A program made the translations under genes and the position numbers. The notes beneath the pieces were generated by a model. That model had not been told where the DNA came from, did not search any database, and saw only the letters and a program-made list of their open reading frames with translations. This document shows positions 40,932-52,832 of a DNA stretch of 64,000 nucleotides, in pieces (the stretch's first letter is position 1; the number at the start of each line of letters is the position of its first letter). This DNA is from Candidatus Omnitrophota bacterium (GTDB lineage: Bacteria; Omnitrophota; Gorgyraeia; Zapsychrales; Zapsychraceae), in contig JBFWOS010000002.1 in assembly GCA_050250375.1 (NCBI GenBank), positions 901,149 through 965,148 on the forward strand, written 5' to 3'.

Positions 40932-41781
40932 AAATCGCCCGGCTGACTATCCAGGAATATAATCGAAACGGCAGAAATTTGCGGCACAAATAATTAATCC
41001 TGCTGCCAAGGTCAGGAATATTTCGGAACTTCGGATTTTTAGAATTAATCAATTTCTCAATTAAAATAGCCACTTCTTCCGGATCTTTCCGGGAGGAATC
41101 GACATGCTTATCAATTCGATTTTTAATGTGCAGGGAAAATGTATAATAGGGACTATTTTCATTGTCAAAATTCTTTGCGTAACGACTGTTTTCATAAAAT
41201 ATTTTTGTTTTGTAGGTCCCGGGCTGGACAAGCAAGACGTCGATTCCGAACAAGCTCAGTTCGTAACGCAAACTTTCACTAAACGCCTCCAGCGCCCATT
41301 TGCTGCTGCTGTATGCCCCAAAACATGGAGATGAAGAAAAACCGGAAACACTGGAAACATTAATGATCTTAGCCCCTTTCCGCTGGCGCATAAGCGGGAT
41401 CGCTGCCCGTGTGACATTCTGGACTCCAAAAAAATTCGTCTCCATTTGTTGACGGATATCTTCTTCGGATAAATCTTCGAAGGCCCCGCCAATTCCATAA
41501 CCAGCGTTATTGATGAGGACATCCACAAACCCTTCCTTTTGGGCAATTTCTTGTATAGCCTGTTGAATACTCGTCTGATCGGTCACATCCAACCGAAGAA
41601 CATTGACCTTCGCATCACGTTTATTCGCCTCGCTGAGCAAAGCGGATTGTTTATTTGTCTCCCTCATGGTTGCATAAACAGTATGCCCGGCTGAAGATAA
41701 ACGGGCGGCTGTCAACAGACCAAAACCGCTGGAACAACCCGTAATTAAAATGATTTTTTTTGTCTGGACCAGATTTGGCAT
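40912..41781 (-). CDS. Short-chain dehydrogenase/reductase
   Basis: TGCSSGFG, NNAGY, YSSSK. Confidence 0.92.
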   Translation of the reverse strand: MPNLVQTKKIILITGCSSGFGLLTAARLSSAGHTVYATMRETNKQSALLSEANKRDAKVNVLRLDVTDQTSIQQAIQEIAQKEGFVDVLINNAGYGIGGAFEDLSEEDIRQQMETNFFGVQNVTRAAIPLMRQRKGAKIINVSSVSGFSSSPCFGAYSSSKWALEAFSESLRYELSLFGIDVLLVQPGTYKTKIFYENSRYAKNFDNENSPYYTFSLHIKNRIDKHVDSSRKDPEEVAILIEKLINSKNPKFRNIPDLGSRINYLCRKFLPFRLYSWIVSRAIFTGYSP

Positions 41782-41788
41782 CTGTCTT

Positions 41789-42853
41789 TTAAGAAATTGT
41801 TTTTTGCAGGAGTAAGCTGTCCACTATACACAATGCGATCATCGCTTCAACAACGGGAACGACCCGAGGGCAAATACAAGGATCATGCCGCCCTTTGATC
41901 TCTATGGAAGTATTTTTGCCGTCCCGGGTGACGGTATTTTGCGGTTGCGCAATAGAAGATGGTGGCTTGACCGCGACCCGTAAGACGATGTTTTCTCCGG
42001 TGGAGATTCCGCCCAAAGTTCCTCCGGCGTGATTGGTCCTTGTTCGGATTCGGTCACCATCCATAAAAAATTTATCATTGTTCTGGCTGCCTTTTAATTT
42101 GGTGACGGCGAACCCGTCCCCGAATTCTATCCCCTTAATCGTCCCAATCGACATCAATCCATACGCCAATTTAGCATTAAGTTTGTCAAAAACCGGATCT
42201 CCCAGACCCGCCGGACACCCATGCACAATGGCCTCTACAACACCCCCCACCGAATCGAGACTTTTGCGGGCATTATCAATTAACTCAACCATTTTTTCCG
42301 CAGCAATTAGATCAGGCGCCCGGACAATATTTTTTTCAATAACAGAAAAATCAATTTTTTCGGCCTTAATATCACCCACCGATAATGTATACGCGATAAC
42401 TTTAATATTTTCCTGTTCGAGAATTTTTTTGGCGACGGCCCCGGCCGCAACACGGCAGGCTGTTTCCCGCCCGGAAGACCGGCCACCGCCCCGATAATCC
42501 CTGATACCGTATTTCTTGAAATATGTGAAATCGGCATGCCCCGGACGAAAAACATCAATAATATTGGAATAATCTTTTGAACGTTGATCCTGGTTGCGGA
42601 TCAACATCGCCAGAGAAGTGCCCGTTGTCTTTCCATCCAGCATCCCTGATAAAAACTCGACACGATCTTCTTCCTGACGCTGGGTGGTAATTTTGCTTTG
42701 TCCCGGACGGCGCCGGTCGAGTTCTCGCTGGACATAATTTTCAGTTAGAGCAATATTAGGCGGGACGCCATCAATGACAACACCGATAGCGGGGCCGTGA
42801 CTTTCTCCGAAAGTCGTTACTTTAAAAACCTCTCCAAAAGTATTACCGGCCAT
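41789..42853 (-). CDS. aroC: Chorismate synthase
   Basis: GESHG, RRRPGQ, RPGHAD, GGGRSSGRET, GRHDPC. Confidence 0.97.
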   Translation of the reverse strand: MAGNTFGEVFKVTTFGESHGPAIGVVIDGVPPNIALTENYVQRELDRRRPGQSKITTQRQEEDRVEFLSGMLDGKTTGTSLAMLIRNQDQRSKDYSNIIDVFRPGHADFTYFKKYGIRDYRGGGRSSGRETACRVAAGAVAKKILEQENIKVIAYTLSVGDIKAEKIDFSVIEKNIVRAPDLIAAEKMVELIDNARKSLDSVGGVVEAIVHGCPAGLGDPVFDKLNAKLAYGLMSIGTIKGIEFGDGFAVTKLKGSQNNDKFFMDGDRIRTRTNHAGGTLGGISTGENIVLRVAVKPPSSIAQPQNTVTRDGKNTSIEIKGRHDPCICPRVVPVVEAMIALCIVDSLLLQKTIS

Positions 42854-42885
42854 TTTGATTGATCAGAATTTTCAATTGAGTGAAC

Positions 42886-44583
42886 TTAGAGATCGGTCAC
42901 CGCCCCTAAAGAAGCCGAAGTGACACGATTCATGTATTTATTTAGAACCCCTCTATTATAACGAGGTTTTGGTTGTTTCCACATTTTTAATCGTTTTTTT
43001 ATCTCGTTTGCTGGAATACCTAAAGTAATTTCCCGTCGTTTGGCGTCAATCGTAATCGGATCACCTGTTTTTACAATGGCGAGCGGTCCGCCCTCGTACG
43101 CCTCAGGAGTGATGTGTCCGACCACAAATCCATGGCTTCCGCCAGAAAATCGTCCGTCTGTAATCAGCGCAACCTCTTTTCCCAAACCTTTACCCATGAC
43201 CGCCGAAGTCGGAGATAACATCTCACGCATCCCGGGTCCGCCTTTGGGGCCCTCATAACGGATGACAATAACATCGCCCTTTTTAACCGTTCCATCCAAA
43301 ATTTTCTGAAGCGCCTTTTCTTCGGATTCGAAAACACGCGCCTTGCCGGAAAAGGTCATTCCCTCTTTACCGGAAATCTTTGCGACCGCCCCGGCCGGGG
43401 CTAAATTACCGTATAAAATAACCAAATGGCTGTCCGCTTTAATCGGATTATCAAAAGACCGGATCACTTCCTGACCGTTCGGGTAGGGATTGACTCCCGC
43501 CAAATTCTCGGCCACCGTTTTTCCGGTAACAGTCAGACAATCACCATGCAGCAAGCCTTTATCCAACAGCATTTTCATCAAAGGAGTAATCCCTCCGATT
43601 GAAACCAATTCCGCCATAACAAATCGTCCGGACGGTTTTAAATCCGCCAGCACAGGCACTCGTTTCCCGATCCGGGTAAAATCATCAATTTTTAACTTAA
43701 CACCGGCCGAATTCGCCATCGCCAGCAAATGAAGGACCGCATTCGTCGAACCTCCCAACGCAATAACGACCGTGATCGCGTTTTCAAAAGCCTTTTTCGT
43801 CATAATATCGCGAGGTTTGATGTCTTTTTCGATCAGATTCATAACCGCTTTGCCGGCATTAATACAATCCTGTTCTTTTTCGGCGGATACAGCCGCCTGA
43901 GCCGAACTGTTTGGCAGACTCATCCCTAATGCTTCTATCGCCGATGCCATCGTGTTCGCGGTGTACATCCCCCCGCAGGAACCCGGACCGGGGATCGCAC
44001 ATGATTCGATCCCGATTAAATCTGTTTCTTCAATTTTATGATTAGCATACGCTCCAACCGCTTCAAAGATCGAAACAATATCCTTATTTTCCCCTTTATA
44101 ACACCCCGGAAGGATAGTCCCTCCATAGACAAATACGGCCGGACGATTCAACCGTGCCATCGCCATGAGGCATCCGGGCATATTTTTATCACATCCCCCG
44201 ATAGCGACAAGACCGTCAAACCCTTGGCAACCCATGACGGTCTCCACCGAATCAGCAATAACTTCACGGGATACCAGTGAATATTTCATCCCTTCCGACC
44301 CCATGGATATCCCGTCAGATATCGTGATCGTATTGAAAATAACCCCTTTGGCCCCGGCCTGGTCTGTGCCTTTTAAAGCCGCTTCGGCCAATTTATCAAT
44401 ATGCATATTGCAGGGGGTGACCATACTCCACGTTGAGGCAATCCCGATTTGGGGTTTATTAAAATCTTCGGTTTCAAAACCGACCGCCCTTAACATCCCG
44501 CGGCTGGGCGCACGGTCGTAACCATCCGTAATCATGGATGAATATTTTCGTAAATTTATTTTTTTTGAATCAGATTTTTTCAT
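42886..44583 (-). CDS. ilvD: Dihydroxy-acid dehydratase, PCN-motif ([2Fe-2S]-type)
   Basis: [48 protein letters not shown]. Confidence 0.96.
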   Translation of the reverse strand: MKKSDSKKINLRKYSSMITDGYDRAPSRGMLRAVGFETEDFNKPQIGIASTWSMVTPCNMHIDKLAEAALKGTDQAGAKGVIFNTITISDGISMGSEGMKYSLVSREVIADSVETVMGCQGFDGLVAIGGCDKNMPGCLMAMARLNRPAVFVYGGTILPGCYKGENKDIVSIFEAVGAYANHKIEETDLIGIESCAIPGPGSCGGMYTANTMASAIEALGMSLPNSSAQAAVSAEKEQDCINAGKAVMNLIEKDIKPRDIMTKKAFENAITVVIALGGSTNAVLHLLAMANSAGVKLKIDDFTRIGKRVPVLADLKPSGRFVMAELVSIGGITPLMKMLLDKGLLHGDCLTVTGKTVAENLAGVNPYPNGQEVIRSFDNPIKADSHLVILYGNLAPAGAVAKISGKEGMTFSGKARVFESEEKALQKILDGTVKKGDVIVIRYEGPKGGPGMREMLSPTSAVMGKGLGKEVALITDGRFSGGSHGFVVGHITPEAYEGGPLAIVKTGDPITIDAKRREITLGIPANEIKKRLKMWKQPKPRYNRGVLNKYMNRVTSASLGAVTDL

Positions 44584-44621
44584 AACATCTCTTTAAATTT
44601 TGTTATTGCAGAGGAATTAAA

Positions 44622-45236
44622 TTAAGCTAACCAGGCTTTTTCTTCTCTTAATTTTGCTTCAAAATCTTTAATCTTTTCATCAAATTGAAGCGTCCAACCG
44701 ATTTGGTCCAGGCCTTTTAACAAACATTCCTTGGAGAAGCCATCAATCTTAAATGAATATTTTTTACCTGTCGAATCCAGCAATACTTGTTTCTCAAGAT
44801 CGGCGCTCATCTCCACCCCTGGATGGTCGAGCGCCTGCTGAAACAAGGCCTCCACATCATCGGTAGGAAGCTGTACGAGCAAGATCCCGTTTTTTACACA
44901 ATTATTGGCAAATATATCCGCAAAACTCGGGGCAACGATAATCCGAAAACCATAATCGGATAAAGCCCACGGGGCATGCTCCCGGGAAGAACCGCATCCA
45001 AAATTATCACGGGTTAATAAAACCGTGGCCTTCCGATACGCTTTTTGATTTAAGACGAATTCCGGATTTTCTTTTGTTCCCTCATAGTCAAGGTACCGTA
45101 ATTCATGAAATAAATGGACACCGAAACCTGTCCTTTCAATTTTCCGTAAAAATTGTTTCGGGATGATCATGTCCGTATCCACATTCACCCGATCCAACGG
45201 GGCCGCTATCCCCTGATGCTTAATAAACGGTTCCAT
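44622..45236 (-). CDS. leuD: 3-isopropylmalate dehydratase small subunit
   Basis: [37 protein letters not shown]. Confidence 0.96.
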   Translation of the reverse strand: MEPFIKHQGIAAPLDRVNVDTDMIIPKQFLRKIERTGFGVHLFHELRYLDYEGTKENPEFVLNQKAYRKATVLLTRDNFGCGSSREHAPWALSDYGFRIIVAPSFADIFANNCVKNGILLVQLPTDDVEALFQQALDHPGVEMSADLEKQVLLDSTGKKYSFKIDGFSKECLLKGLDQIGWTLQFDEKIKDFEAKLREEKAWLA

Positions 45237-46636
45237 TATAAATATTCCCTTATATCTGTCAGTTTCCCTTGGATTGCGGCAATAGCGACCATTTGCGGGC
45301 TCATTAAATGGGTCCTGCCGCCCGGTCCCTGACGCCCTTCAAAATTCCGGTTGCTGGAAGAGGCGCAACGTTCGCCTTGTTTCAATTGATCATCATTCAT
45401 GCCCAGGCACATGGAACAGCCGGCAAATCGCCACTCAAACCCGGCCTCTTTAAAAATTTCATCCAGTCCTTCCTTTTGTGCTTGACGGCGCACGCGGTCG
45501 GAACCGGGGACAACGATCGCCTGGACATCCGGATGAACTTTCTTACCCTTAACAATCTCGGCCGCAACTCTTAAGTCTTCAATCCGGCCGTTCGTACACG
45601 ACCCTAAAAACGCTTTATCAATTTTGATGTCGGTCATCTTTGTTCCGGGAGTCAGATTCATATATTTCAACGCGTTTCGCGCTCCCGTTCGTTCGACCGG
45701 GTCGGTAAAGCTGTCCGGATCCGGAACGGTCGATTCAATATCCGTAACCTGCCCCGGGGAAGTCCCCCAAGTCACCTGCGGCCTGATGTCTTCAGCTTTA
45801 ATATTCAATACATAATCAAATTTTGCTCCAGGATCAGAGGGCAATGTTTTCCAATACGCAACGGCCTCATCCCAATCTGTTCCAGTAGGTGAATGATCAC
45901 GGCCTTTAAGATAGTCAAAGGTTTTTTGATCGGGGGCAATCATTCCCGCCCTGGCTCCGGCTTCAATGCTCATATTACAAATGGTCATCCGTCCTTCCAT
46001 GGATAATTCACGGATAGCACTCCCGGCATATTCGACCACATATCCAGTCGCCCCAGCCGTTCCGATTTTCCCGATGATATACAATATAATATCTTTGGAC
46101 GTGACACCGAATCCTAACTTCCCGTCAATATTAATAATCATTGCTTTCGATTTATTCTGTTGAAGGGTCTGTGTCGCCAGGACATGTTCGACCTCCGAAG
46201 TCCCTATTCCGAAAGCCAATGCGCCAAACGCGCCATGCGTGGCCGTATGGGAATCTCCGCAGACAATGGTCAGTCCGGGTTGTGTAATACCCATTTCAGG
46301 CCCGATCACATGGACTATTCCCTGGTCTTGATGAGCAAAATCATACAAGATGATATTAAAATCGCGGCAGTTGTTCGCCAGTGTTTCCATCTGTTTACGT
46401 GATGTCTCTTCGACCAGAGACCAATCCTTGGTACGGGTCGATACGTTATGGTCCATTGTGGCGAATGTCTTTTCCGGACGGCGGACTTTACGGTTGGTCA
46501 CCCGCAATCCTTCGAAGGCCTGGGGAGAGGTGACTTCATGCACCAAATGGCGGTCGATGTAAATGATCGCCGTGTCTCCCTGGCTTTCCCGGACCAAATG
46601 GGCTTCCCAAATCTTGTCGAACATTGTTTTCGGCAT
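45236..46636 (-). CDS. leuC: 3-isopropylmalate dehydratase large subunit
   Basis: [46 protein letters not shown]. Confidence 0.97.
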   Translation of the reverse strand: MPKTMFDKIWEAHLVRESQGDTAIIYIDRHLVHEVTSPQAFEGLRVTNRKVRRPEKTFATMDHNVSTRTKDWSLVEETSRKQMETLANNCRDFNIILYDFAHQDQGIVHVIGPEMGITQPGLTIVCGDSHTATHGAFGALAFGIGTSEVEHVLATQTLQQNKSKAMIINIDGKLGFGVTSKDIILYIIGKIGTAGATGYVVEYAGSAIRELSMEGRMTICNMSIEAGARAGMIAPDQKTFDYLKGRDHSPTGTDWDEAVAYWKTLPSDPGAKFDYVLNIKAEDIRPQVTWGTSPGQVTDIESTVPDPDSFTDPVERTGARNALKYMNLTPGTKMTDIKIDKAFLGSCTNGRIEDLRVAAEIVKGKKVHPDVQAIVVPGSDRVRRQAQKEGLDEIFKEAGFEWRFAGCSMCLGMNDDQLKQGERCASSSNRNFEGRQGPGGRTHLMSPQMVAIAAIQGKLTDIREYL

Positions 46637-46677
46637 TGTTAAACATCCTATTAATATATATTTAATTTAAAAGGAAT

Positions 46678-46710
46678 AGTGATTTTATCCGATCACTGGA
46701 ATCTTGTCAA
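46678..46710 (-). promoter_or_regulatory. leuCD promoter with overlapping inverted repeat
   Basis: TTGACA-17-TAAAAT on the minus strand; AGTGAT-N8-ATCACT (46678-46697) spans the -10. Confidence 0.6.
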
Positions 46711-46750
46711 TACAGCACATCTAATTTCACCAAATTTAAACTTGAAATTT

Positions 46751-49453
46751 TCAGGCTAATTTACGCAGGACCGTTTGCAGGATCCCTCCATTGCGGACAT
46801 AATCCACCTCAACCGGCGTATCCAGACGGCAGGTTGTTTGGAACTCTTTCTTCGATCCATCGGCAGACCGGGCGATGATTTTAACATCCTGGCGCGGTTT
46901 GATCCGGTCATTGATCCCGTCGAAATCAAAGATCTCGTCTCCCTTTAAGCCAAGGCTTTCCGCTGATTGACCGTTTTTAAATTCCAGAGGAACGATCCCC
47001 ATCCCGGCAAGATTACTGCGATGGATCCGTTCATAACTTTGCGCCAATACAACCTTGACGCCCAACAAGGCCGCGCCTTTGGCCGCCCAATCCCGGCTGG
47101 AACCAGTTCCGTATTCTTTTCCGGCGATCACAAGCAAAGGGGTTTTACCGGATTTATATTTTAAAGACGCATCAAAAATGCTCATTTTTTCCTGGCTGGG
47201 AAAATGAATGGTCCAGGAACCTTCCGTCCCCGGGGCCAATTGGTTCCGCAGGCGGATATTGGCAAACGTCCCGCGGGTCATGACGCGGTCATTGCCACGC
47301 CTGGCTCCGTAACTATTAAAATCCTTCGGTGCAATACCCTGTTCCATCAAATACTTCCCGGCCGGGCTGTCTTTCGAAATGGAACCTGCCGGAGAAATGT
47401 GGTCAGTTGTAATTGAATCTCCAACCATCACCAGACAACGCGCCGCCTTGATTTCTGTAATCGGTTTCGTTTCTTTGGTCATCCCGGTAAAATATGGCGG
47501 TTCCTGAATATACGTGCTCGTTTTTTTCCATTGATATAATTCGGATCGGGTTTCTTCAATCGCATTCCAATCTTTATTTCCCTTTGATACATTTCCATAA
47601 CGTTTTCGAAACGATTCTGCCGTAACAAACTTGGAAACAACCTTGTTGATTTCATCCTGAGTCGGCCAAATATCTTTCAGGTACACATCGTTCCCGTTTT
47701 TATCCTGTCCAAGCGGTTCTTTGGTTAAATCTTTATCGACAGTACCGGCGAGGGCATAGGCCACCACCAACGGCGGACTGGCCAAATAATTCGCCTTCGT
47801 ATGCGGATTGACCCTGCCTTCAAAATTTCTGTTACCGCTTAAAACACTAGCCGCGACCAGATCGCCTTCGGTAATCGCGTTGGAGATTTTCTCTGGTAAA
47901 GGTCCGCTGTTTCCGATACAAGTCGTACACCCATACCCAACGATATGGAATCCAAGTTGTTCGAGATACGGCATCAGACCTGAATTACGAAGATATTCTT
48001 CAACCACCTGGGAACCCGGCGCCAGACTTGTCTTGACATAACTTTTCACTTTTAAACCTTTTTCAGTGGCCTTTTTCGCCAAGAGACCGGCCCCGATTAA
48101 AACAGATGGATTAGACGTGTTGGTACAACTGGTAATCGCGGCAATAACAACGGCCCCGTGTTTTAGCGTTTCCTTTGTTCCGTTTACAACCACAGCTTGA
48201 TTAGAAAGAGCTTTCTGGTCTAATCCGAAACCTCTTTCCTTGACCGACTTTGTTAACCCCTTTGAAAAATCCAGACTCAAATCCGATAATGTGACCCGGT
48301 CTTGAGGCCGTTTCGGTCCGGCCAGACAAGGCTGGACGGTGGACAGATCTAACTCCATTTGATCCGTAAACTCAGGTTGCGGTTTCGCAGGATCATAAAA
48401 CATTCCCTGGGCTTTCATATATTTTTCGACCAGTTCAACCTCTTCATCCGTGCGGCCGGTGAGACGATAATAATTTAATGTTTCCTCATCAATCGGGAAG
48501 ACTCCGATCGTCGCCCCGTATTCCGGAGCCATATTCGAAATAGTGGCGCGGTCAGGTAATGACAAATACTTCAAGCCATCCCCATAGAATTCAACAAATT
48601 TTCCAACAACCCCTTTTGAGCGTAATATTTGTGTGACCGTCAAAACCAAATCCGTCGCGGTTAACCCTTCTTTCAGCTTTCCTTTCAAGTTAAATCCTAC
48701 CACCTCCGGAAGGAGCATATCAATCGGCTCACCCAGCATAACGGCTTCGGCTTCAATCCCACCCACTCCCCAGCCGACAACACCAAGACCATTAATCATC
48801 GTCGTGTGACTATCCGTCCCGACAAGACTGTCTGGAAAAACAATGGTCTCTCCGTTCATGTCCTTTTGCAGGACTCCTTTGGCCAGGTATTCGAGGTTGA
48901 CCTGATGAACGATGCCGGTCGCCGGAGGGACGACTAAAAAATTTTTAAAGGCGTTTTGTCCCCATTTGAGAAATTCATATCGTTCCTGATTACGTTGAAA
49001 TTCAATTTCAACATTCTTAGCCAGAGCGCCGGCGTTACCGTATTCATCAACCTGAACAGAATGGTCGATGACCAAATCACAGGGAACCTGCGGGTTAATT
49101 TTTAAAGGATCCCCGCCTAAATGTTTAATCGCCGAACGCATAGCCGCAAGATCAACCACACACGGCACTCCGGTGAAATCCTGGAGGATAACACGCCCGG
49201 GTTTAAACGCAATATCTTTCAATTCTTTGGATTGACCAGACCAGTTGGACAATGTGGCAATATCTTCAATAGTGACCGCATAGTCATCATAATTCCGGAT
49301 GGCGCTTTCCAGTAAAACCTTGATTGAAAAAGGGAGCTTTTCAGGGTTTCCGAATTTCGCCCCGGACAAACTGTTTAACTGATAATACGAAAATTTCTTT
49401 CCGCTTACATTGAGTGTTTTTTTTAAATCCTGTTGATTGAACATTGTGCTCAC
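46751..49453 (-). CDS. acnA: Aconitate hydratase A
   Basis: [56 protein letters not shown]. Confidence 0.97.
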   Translation of the reverse strand: MSTMFNQQDLKKTLNVSGKKFSYYQLNSLSGAKFGNPEKLPFSIKVLLESAIRNYDDYAVTIEDIATLSNWSGQSKELKDIAFKPGRVILQDFTGVPCVVDLAAMRSAIKHLGGDPLKINPQVPCDLVIDHSVQVDEYGNAGALAKNVEIEFQRNQERYEFLKWGQNAFKNFLVVPPATGIVHQVNLEYLAKGVLQKDMNGETIVFPDSLVGTDSHTTMINGLGVVGWGVGGIEAEAVMLGEPIDMLLPEVVGFNLKGKLKEGLTATDLVLTVTQILRSKGVVGKFVEFYGDGLKYLSLPDRATISNMAPEYGATIGVFPIDEETLNYYRLTGRTDEEVELVEKYMKAQGMFYDPAKPQPEFTDQMELDLSTVQPCLAGPKRPQDRVTLSDLSLDFSKGLTKSVKERGFGLDQKALSNQAVVVNGTKETLKHGAVVIAAITSCTNTSNPSVLIGAGLLAKKATEKGLKVKSYVKTSLAPGSQVVEEYLRNSGLMPYLEQLGFHIVGYGCTTCIGNSGPLPEKISNAITEGDLVAASVLSGNRNFEGRVNPHTKANYLASPPLVVAYALAGTVDKDLTKEPLGQDKNGNDVYLKDIWPTQDEINKVVSKFVTAESFRKRYGNVSKGNKDWNAIEETRSELYQWKKTSTYIQEPPYFTGMTKETKPITEIKAARCLVMVGDSITTDHISPAGSISKDSPAGKYLMEQGIAPKDFNSYGARRGNDRVMTRGTFANIRLRNQLAPGTEGSWTIHFPSQEKMSIFDASLKYKSGKTPLLVIAGKEYGTGSSRDWAAKGAALLGVKVVLAQSYERIHRSNLAGMGIVPLEFKNGQSAESLGLKGDEIFDFDGINDRIKPRQDVKIIARSADGSKKEFQTTCRLDTPVEVDYVRNGGILQTVLRKLA

Positions 49454-49547
49454 CGGCCTCTACCTCATTTTAAAAGTTAAAAGATCGCTGGAATTATCTT
49501 GCCTCGAAAAAATATTTTATAAAAACAGAAGGAAAGAAATGAGTTTT

Positions 49548-49576
49548 ATTATATTAAAGACTCCTTGAAGAGTCAA
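49548..49576 (-). promoter_or_regulatory. Sigma70-type promoter for acnA
   Basis: TTGACT-17 nt-TATAAT on the minus strand. Confidence 0.65.
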
Positions 49577-49675
49577 CACCTTATCAAGCCTAAAAAATGC
49601 AAAAATACACTTGCATGATTCACTTACACTGTTTAGTATATAAATAAATCTGATTAACTTTCTTCGAAAAAATTA

Positions 49676-51196
49676 ATGAAAATTGCAATACTAAATCCTT
49701 CCTTTGGTGAAGATTTTGTCCGAGTCGCCCGCTGGGCCGCAAAATCCCGCGGACGTGTCCAGCGTCATCCTGAATATTTATTGACAGCCGCCCAGGTATT
49801 AATTGACCGCGGTCATGATACCATTTATGTCGAAGCTGCCGCCCGGAACTTTACACCGGAAGAATCGTATAAAATTGTTTCCGACCATCAACCGCAGCTC
49901 CTGATCATTCACGCGACAACCCCTTCAATTTATAATGATATTGAACAGGCCAAAGAAATTAAACTCAGGACCGGATGCAAGGTTTGTTTCATAGGCCAGC
50001 ATGCGTCATCGGAACAAGAAAATACATTTGAAATTGCCCGCAATGTCGTTGATTATATTGCCGCCGGTGAATATGACTACACCCTGCGCGATTTAGCGGA
50101 TGGCTTGGCTCTGGATAAAATACTCGGATTAACCTGGTGGAATGCTGACACTCAAACGGTCGTAAAAAATCCTGACCGTCCTTCCATTGAGGTCAATGAA
50201 CTCCCGTTTCCGGCCTGGCATCTGATTAAACCCGAATGGTACCCTGATGGCGGGAAAAAATTTCCTTTTTTAACTTTAATGACCGGGCGGGGCTGCAATA
50301 ACGGTTGCACCTTCTGCCGTGACCCGCAGATCATGTACGGATACCGGTTAAGAAACCGGACCGCCAAAAGTGTTGTCGACGAAATGGAATATGACCTAAA
50401 AATCCATCCTCAAATCCGTGAAATCATGTTTGAAACTGATACGTTTGCCGCTGATACACAGCACGTCAAAGAAGTCTGCCAGGAAATCATCAAACGCGGG
50501 ATCAATAAAAAAATTACATGGTCTTGCAATATGCGCGTAAACACGGATCTGGATGTCCTCCCTCTCATGAAAGAATCCGGTTGCCGGATGTTGATGACCG
50601 GTTTCGAATTTGGATACGATGATGGATTAAAAGCCATAAATAAAGGCGGTGTATCGGTAGACATGGCCCGGGAATACGCCTTTGCTGCGGACCGGCTGGG
50701 ATTTACAATCCATGGCTGTTTTATGATCGGCGCCCCGGGTGAAACAAAAGAAACGGCCCAACAAACCATTGATTTTGCCAAATCCCTTCCGCTGGATACA
50801 GTCCAAATTACCGGTGTTGCTTCTTATCCTGGAACATCCCTTTATAAATGGGCGAAAGAAAATGAATTCCTCCGGGCGAATGATTGGCGTGAATGGTTAA
50901 ACGCCCAAAAAGAACAGCGCACTTTGTTAAGTTACCCTCAATTCACAAGTGAAGACATTGATGAATATATTGATAAAGGCTTAAAGGAATTCTACCTTAG
51001 ACCAAAACAAATGTGGAAAATGTTTATCTCGATCCGGACGTTTGGCGACCTTTTACGGAAATTGCATGGATTCAAAGCATTTACGGATTATTTTGTTAAG
51101 AAACTGACCGGCCAGGTTAATAAAAAGCCTAAACTCAAACCAGCTGAAATATCTGGTATTGAGCGAATTATAGAAAAAGAACCCGTTTCGCTTTAA
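49676..51196 (+). CDS. B12-binding-domain radical SAM protein (HpnJ/BchE-like family)
   Basis: N-terminal B12-binding-like domain, GEYD, GRGCNNGCTFC, HGCFMIG.PGET, YPGT. Confidence 0.85.
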   Translation: MKIAILNPSFGEDFVRVARWAAKSRGRVQRHPEYLLTAAQVLIDRGHDTIYVEAAARNFTPEESYKIVSDHQPQLLIIHATTPSIYNDIEQAKEIKLRTGCKVCFIGQHASSEQENTFEIARNVVDYIAAGEYDYTLRDLADGLALDKILGLTWWNADTQTVVKNPDRPSIEVNELPFPAWHLIKPEWYPDGGKKFPFLTLMTGRGCNNGCTFCRDPQIMYGYRLRNRTAKSVVDEMEYDLKIHPQIREIMFETDTFAADTQHVKEVCQEIIKRGINKKITWSCNMRVNTDLDVLPLMKESGCRMLMTGFEFGYDDGLKAINKGGVSVDMAREYAFAADRLGFTIHGCFMIGAPGETKETAQQTIDFAKSLPLDTVQITGVASYPGTSLYKWAKENEFLRANDWREWLNAQKEQRTLLSYPQFTSEDIDEYIDKGLKEFYLRPKQMWKMFISIRTFGDLLRKLHGFKAFTDYFVKKLTGQVNKKPKLKPAEISGIERIIEKEPVSL

Positions 51197-51215
51197 AAGC
51201 TTGAAATTAAACGAT

Positions 51216-51244
51216 TTGACTTTAAAATTATTTTTGGTTATATT
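51216..51244 (+). promoter_or_regulatory. Sigma70-type promoter for the ferredoxin gene
   Basis: TTGACT-17 nt-TATATT. Confidence 0.55.
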
Positions 51245-51279
51245 TAAAGTAAAGTAACTCATTCAGATTGGAGGCTTAA

Positions 51280-51558
51280 ATGACTCATGTTGTAACCGAA
51301 CCTTGTGTTAAATGCAAATATACCGACTGCGTAACCGTTTGTCCTGTGGACTGCTTTCACGAAGATGCGGAGATGCTGGTCATTGATCCTGAAGTATGCA
51401 TCGACTGCGGGGCCTGCATCCCGGAATGCCCTGTTCAGGCAATTTATACCGAAGAAGATGTCCCTGAGCAATGGAAGAGTTATGTTGGTCTTAACTCATC
51501 CAAAGCCCCTAACCTTCCGGTCATTACGGAAAAGAAAACTCCTTTGGCCGAAAGTTAG
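51280..51558 (+). CDS. fdxA: Ferredoxin (FdxA/7Fe-type)
   Basis: [43 protein letters not shown]. Confidence 0.92.
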   Translation: MTHVVTEPCVKCKYTDCVTVCPVDCFHEDAEMLVIDPEVCIDCGACIPECPVQAIYTEEDVPEQWKSYVGLNSSKAPNLPVITEKKTPLAES

Positions 51559-51652
51559 TTTTTCGTTCTTTTTGCAAGTTAACCCCATTGGCGGGGTTTA
51601 TATAGACAACGACGTTAATACACCGAACTACTCAAAATAGGAGGTGTGTGCC

Positions 51653-52015
51653 ATGACTGGGTACGATCACTACAAAAATATTCCAAATCTCCCTGAAAAG
51701 ATTTCGGATAAGAAAAAGAAACCCAAAATGGTTGCCGTTGTTGATGAAGATAATTGCACAGGCTGTCAGGCCTGTGTTCCTTTTTGTCCGGTTAATTGTA
51801 TCGCGCCTGTTCCTGTTGAGAAATATGAAACACCTATCCCTCCAGTACAGATCAAGTTTAACGAATGCATCGGTTGCTCAATCTGCGCACGTGTTTGCAC
51901 CAAAATGACCTGGGACGCGATCGAAATGCTTACAACCGAAATTTTTGAAGAAAGCTATCAAATTGAACTTAATGACTCGAAATTTCCTCCCTACGGCATA
52001 CCAAGAACGAATTAA
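51653..52015 (+). CDS. Dicluster 4Fe-4S protein (similar to the RnfB C-terminal domain)
   Basis: AVVDEDNCTGCQACVPFCP and CIGCSICARVC; AGGAGG RBS. Confidence 0.85.
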   Translation: MTGYDHYKNIPNLPEKISDKKKKPKMVAVVDEDNCTGCQACVPFCPVNCIAPVPVEKYETPIPPVQIKFNECIGCSICARVCTKMTWDAIEMLTTEIFEESYQIELNDSKFPPYGIPRTN

Positions 52016-52049
52016 TTTCCTTACCTCAAATTTTCGGAGTTAATGCCTT

Positions 52050-52535
52050 ATGTGGTTTTTCATGCATTCTTGCTACATCCTGACGGCCCTGACTTTTGTC
52101 AGCCTATGGATTGCCTTTTTCCAAAGTTTTCTAAAATTCCAAGTTTTTCATGCCGATCATGTCACATTTATGATTTTTACCAGCATCCTTTACTCTTTCA
52201 CGGAAACTTTGGTTATATTTTTCTTTGTCGGAACGGGTGTCAGCGTGAAAGAATATACGATTGACCACAAGCTTGATTCCAGTTATCATAAACGGTCGAT
52301 CGGGATCAAACGAAAAGTCTACCCCCCTTTGATGTTAAACCTGTTGTTTATGATTATCTTGTTTGTTTTAGTCGGCGCGGTTGATACGTATCGTTTCCCC
52401 GGATGGCTGTATTATTTGATTTTTTTCGGATGTATTGTGCACTACGTTAAAATTAAAATTATCCAGAATTCCTGCTTTCGGGATAACACGCAAATAATTC
52501 TGGACATGTCGGGAATTAACAAAAAAGTCACTTAA
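52050..52535 (+). CDS. Hypothetical membrane protein (about 4 TM)
   Basis: Hydrophobic segments and FFVGTG.SVKE motif; GGAG upstream; stop overlaps the next start. Confidence 0.75.
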   Translation: MWFFMHSCYILTALTFVSLWIAFFQSFLKFQVFHADHVTFMIFTSILYSFTETLVIFFFVGTGVSVKEYTIDHKLDSSYHKRSIGIKRKVYPPLMLNLLFMIILFVLVGAVDTYRFPGWLYYLIFFGCIVHYVKIKIIQNSCFRDNTQIILDMSGINKKVT

Positions 52536-52699
52536 TGTTTTACGCGGGAAAATTAATACAAGCGGCGGGTCTGACCATTATTCTGTTCGATTTTATCCGG
52601 TCGTTTCCTGAATTAATGAGCCGTACCGTTTTGTGCGCGGGTATCGGAATCTTTACGGCAGGCTGGCTTATCAACCGTTTTTTGATCAAACATGACTAA
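52535..52699 (+). CDS. Small 2-TM membrane protein, 54 aa (not in ORF track)
   Basis: MFYAGKLIQAAGLTIILFDFIRSFPELMSRTVLCAGIGIFTAGWLINRFLIKHD; TAATG coupling with the upstream gene. Confidence 0.7.
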   Translation: MFYAGKLIQAAGLTIILFDFIRSFPELMSRTVLCAGIGIFTAGWLINRFLIKHD

Positions 52700-52832
52700 A
52701 TTTAAAGACGTTTTAAAATTTGATTCCGGGGCCGATGGATTTATGTTTATGATTTATGTCCTGGCGATCTGTGCCGGATTGGTCCTTATTTTCGGGATCT
52801 ATTTTATCTGTACTACCTTTTCATTTGCATGA
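52692..52832 (+). CDS. Small single-TM protein, 46 aa (not in ORF track)
   Basis: MTKFKDVLKFDSGADGFMFMIYVLAICAGLVLIFGIYFICTTFSFA; overlaps the previous ORF by 8 nt and the next by ATGA. Confidence 0.6.
   Translation: MTKFKDVLKFDSGADGFMFMIYVLAICAGLVLIFGIYFICTTFSFA

Noticed and set aside
51581-51598. AACCCC/GGGGTT hairpin between the two ferredoxin genes
   Set aside because: Short stem with no convincing U-tract; cannot be called a terminator or ncRNA.
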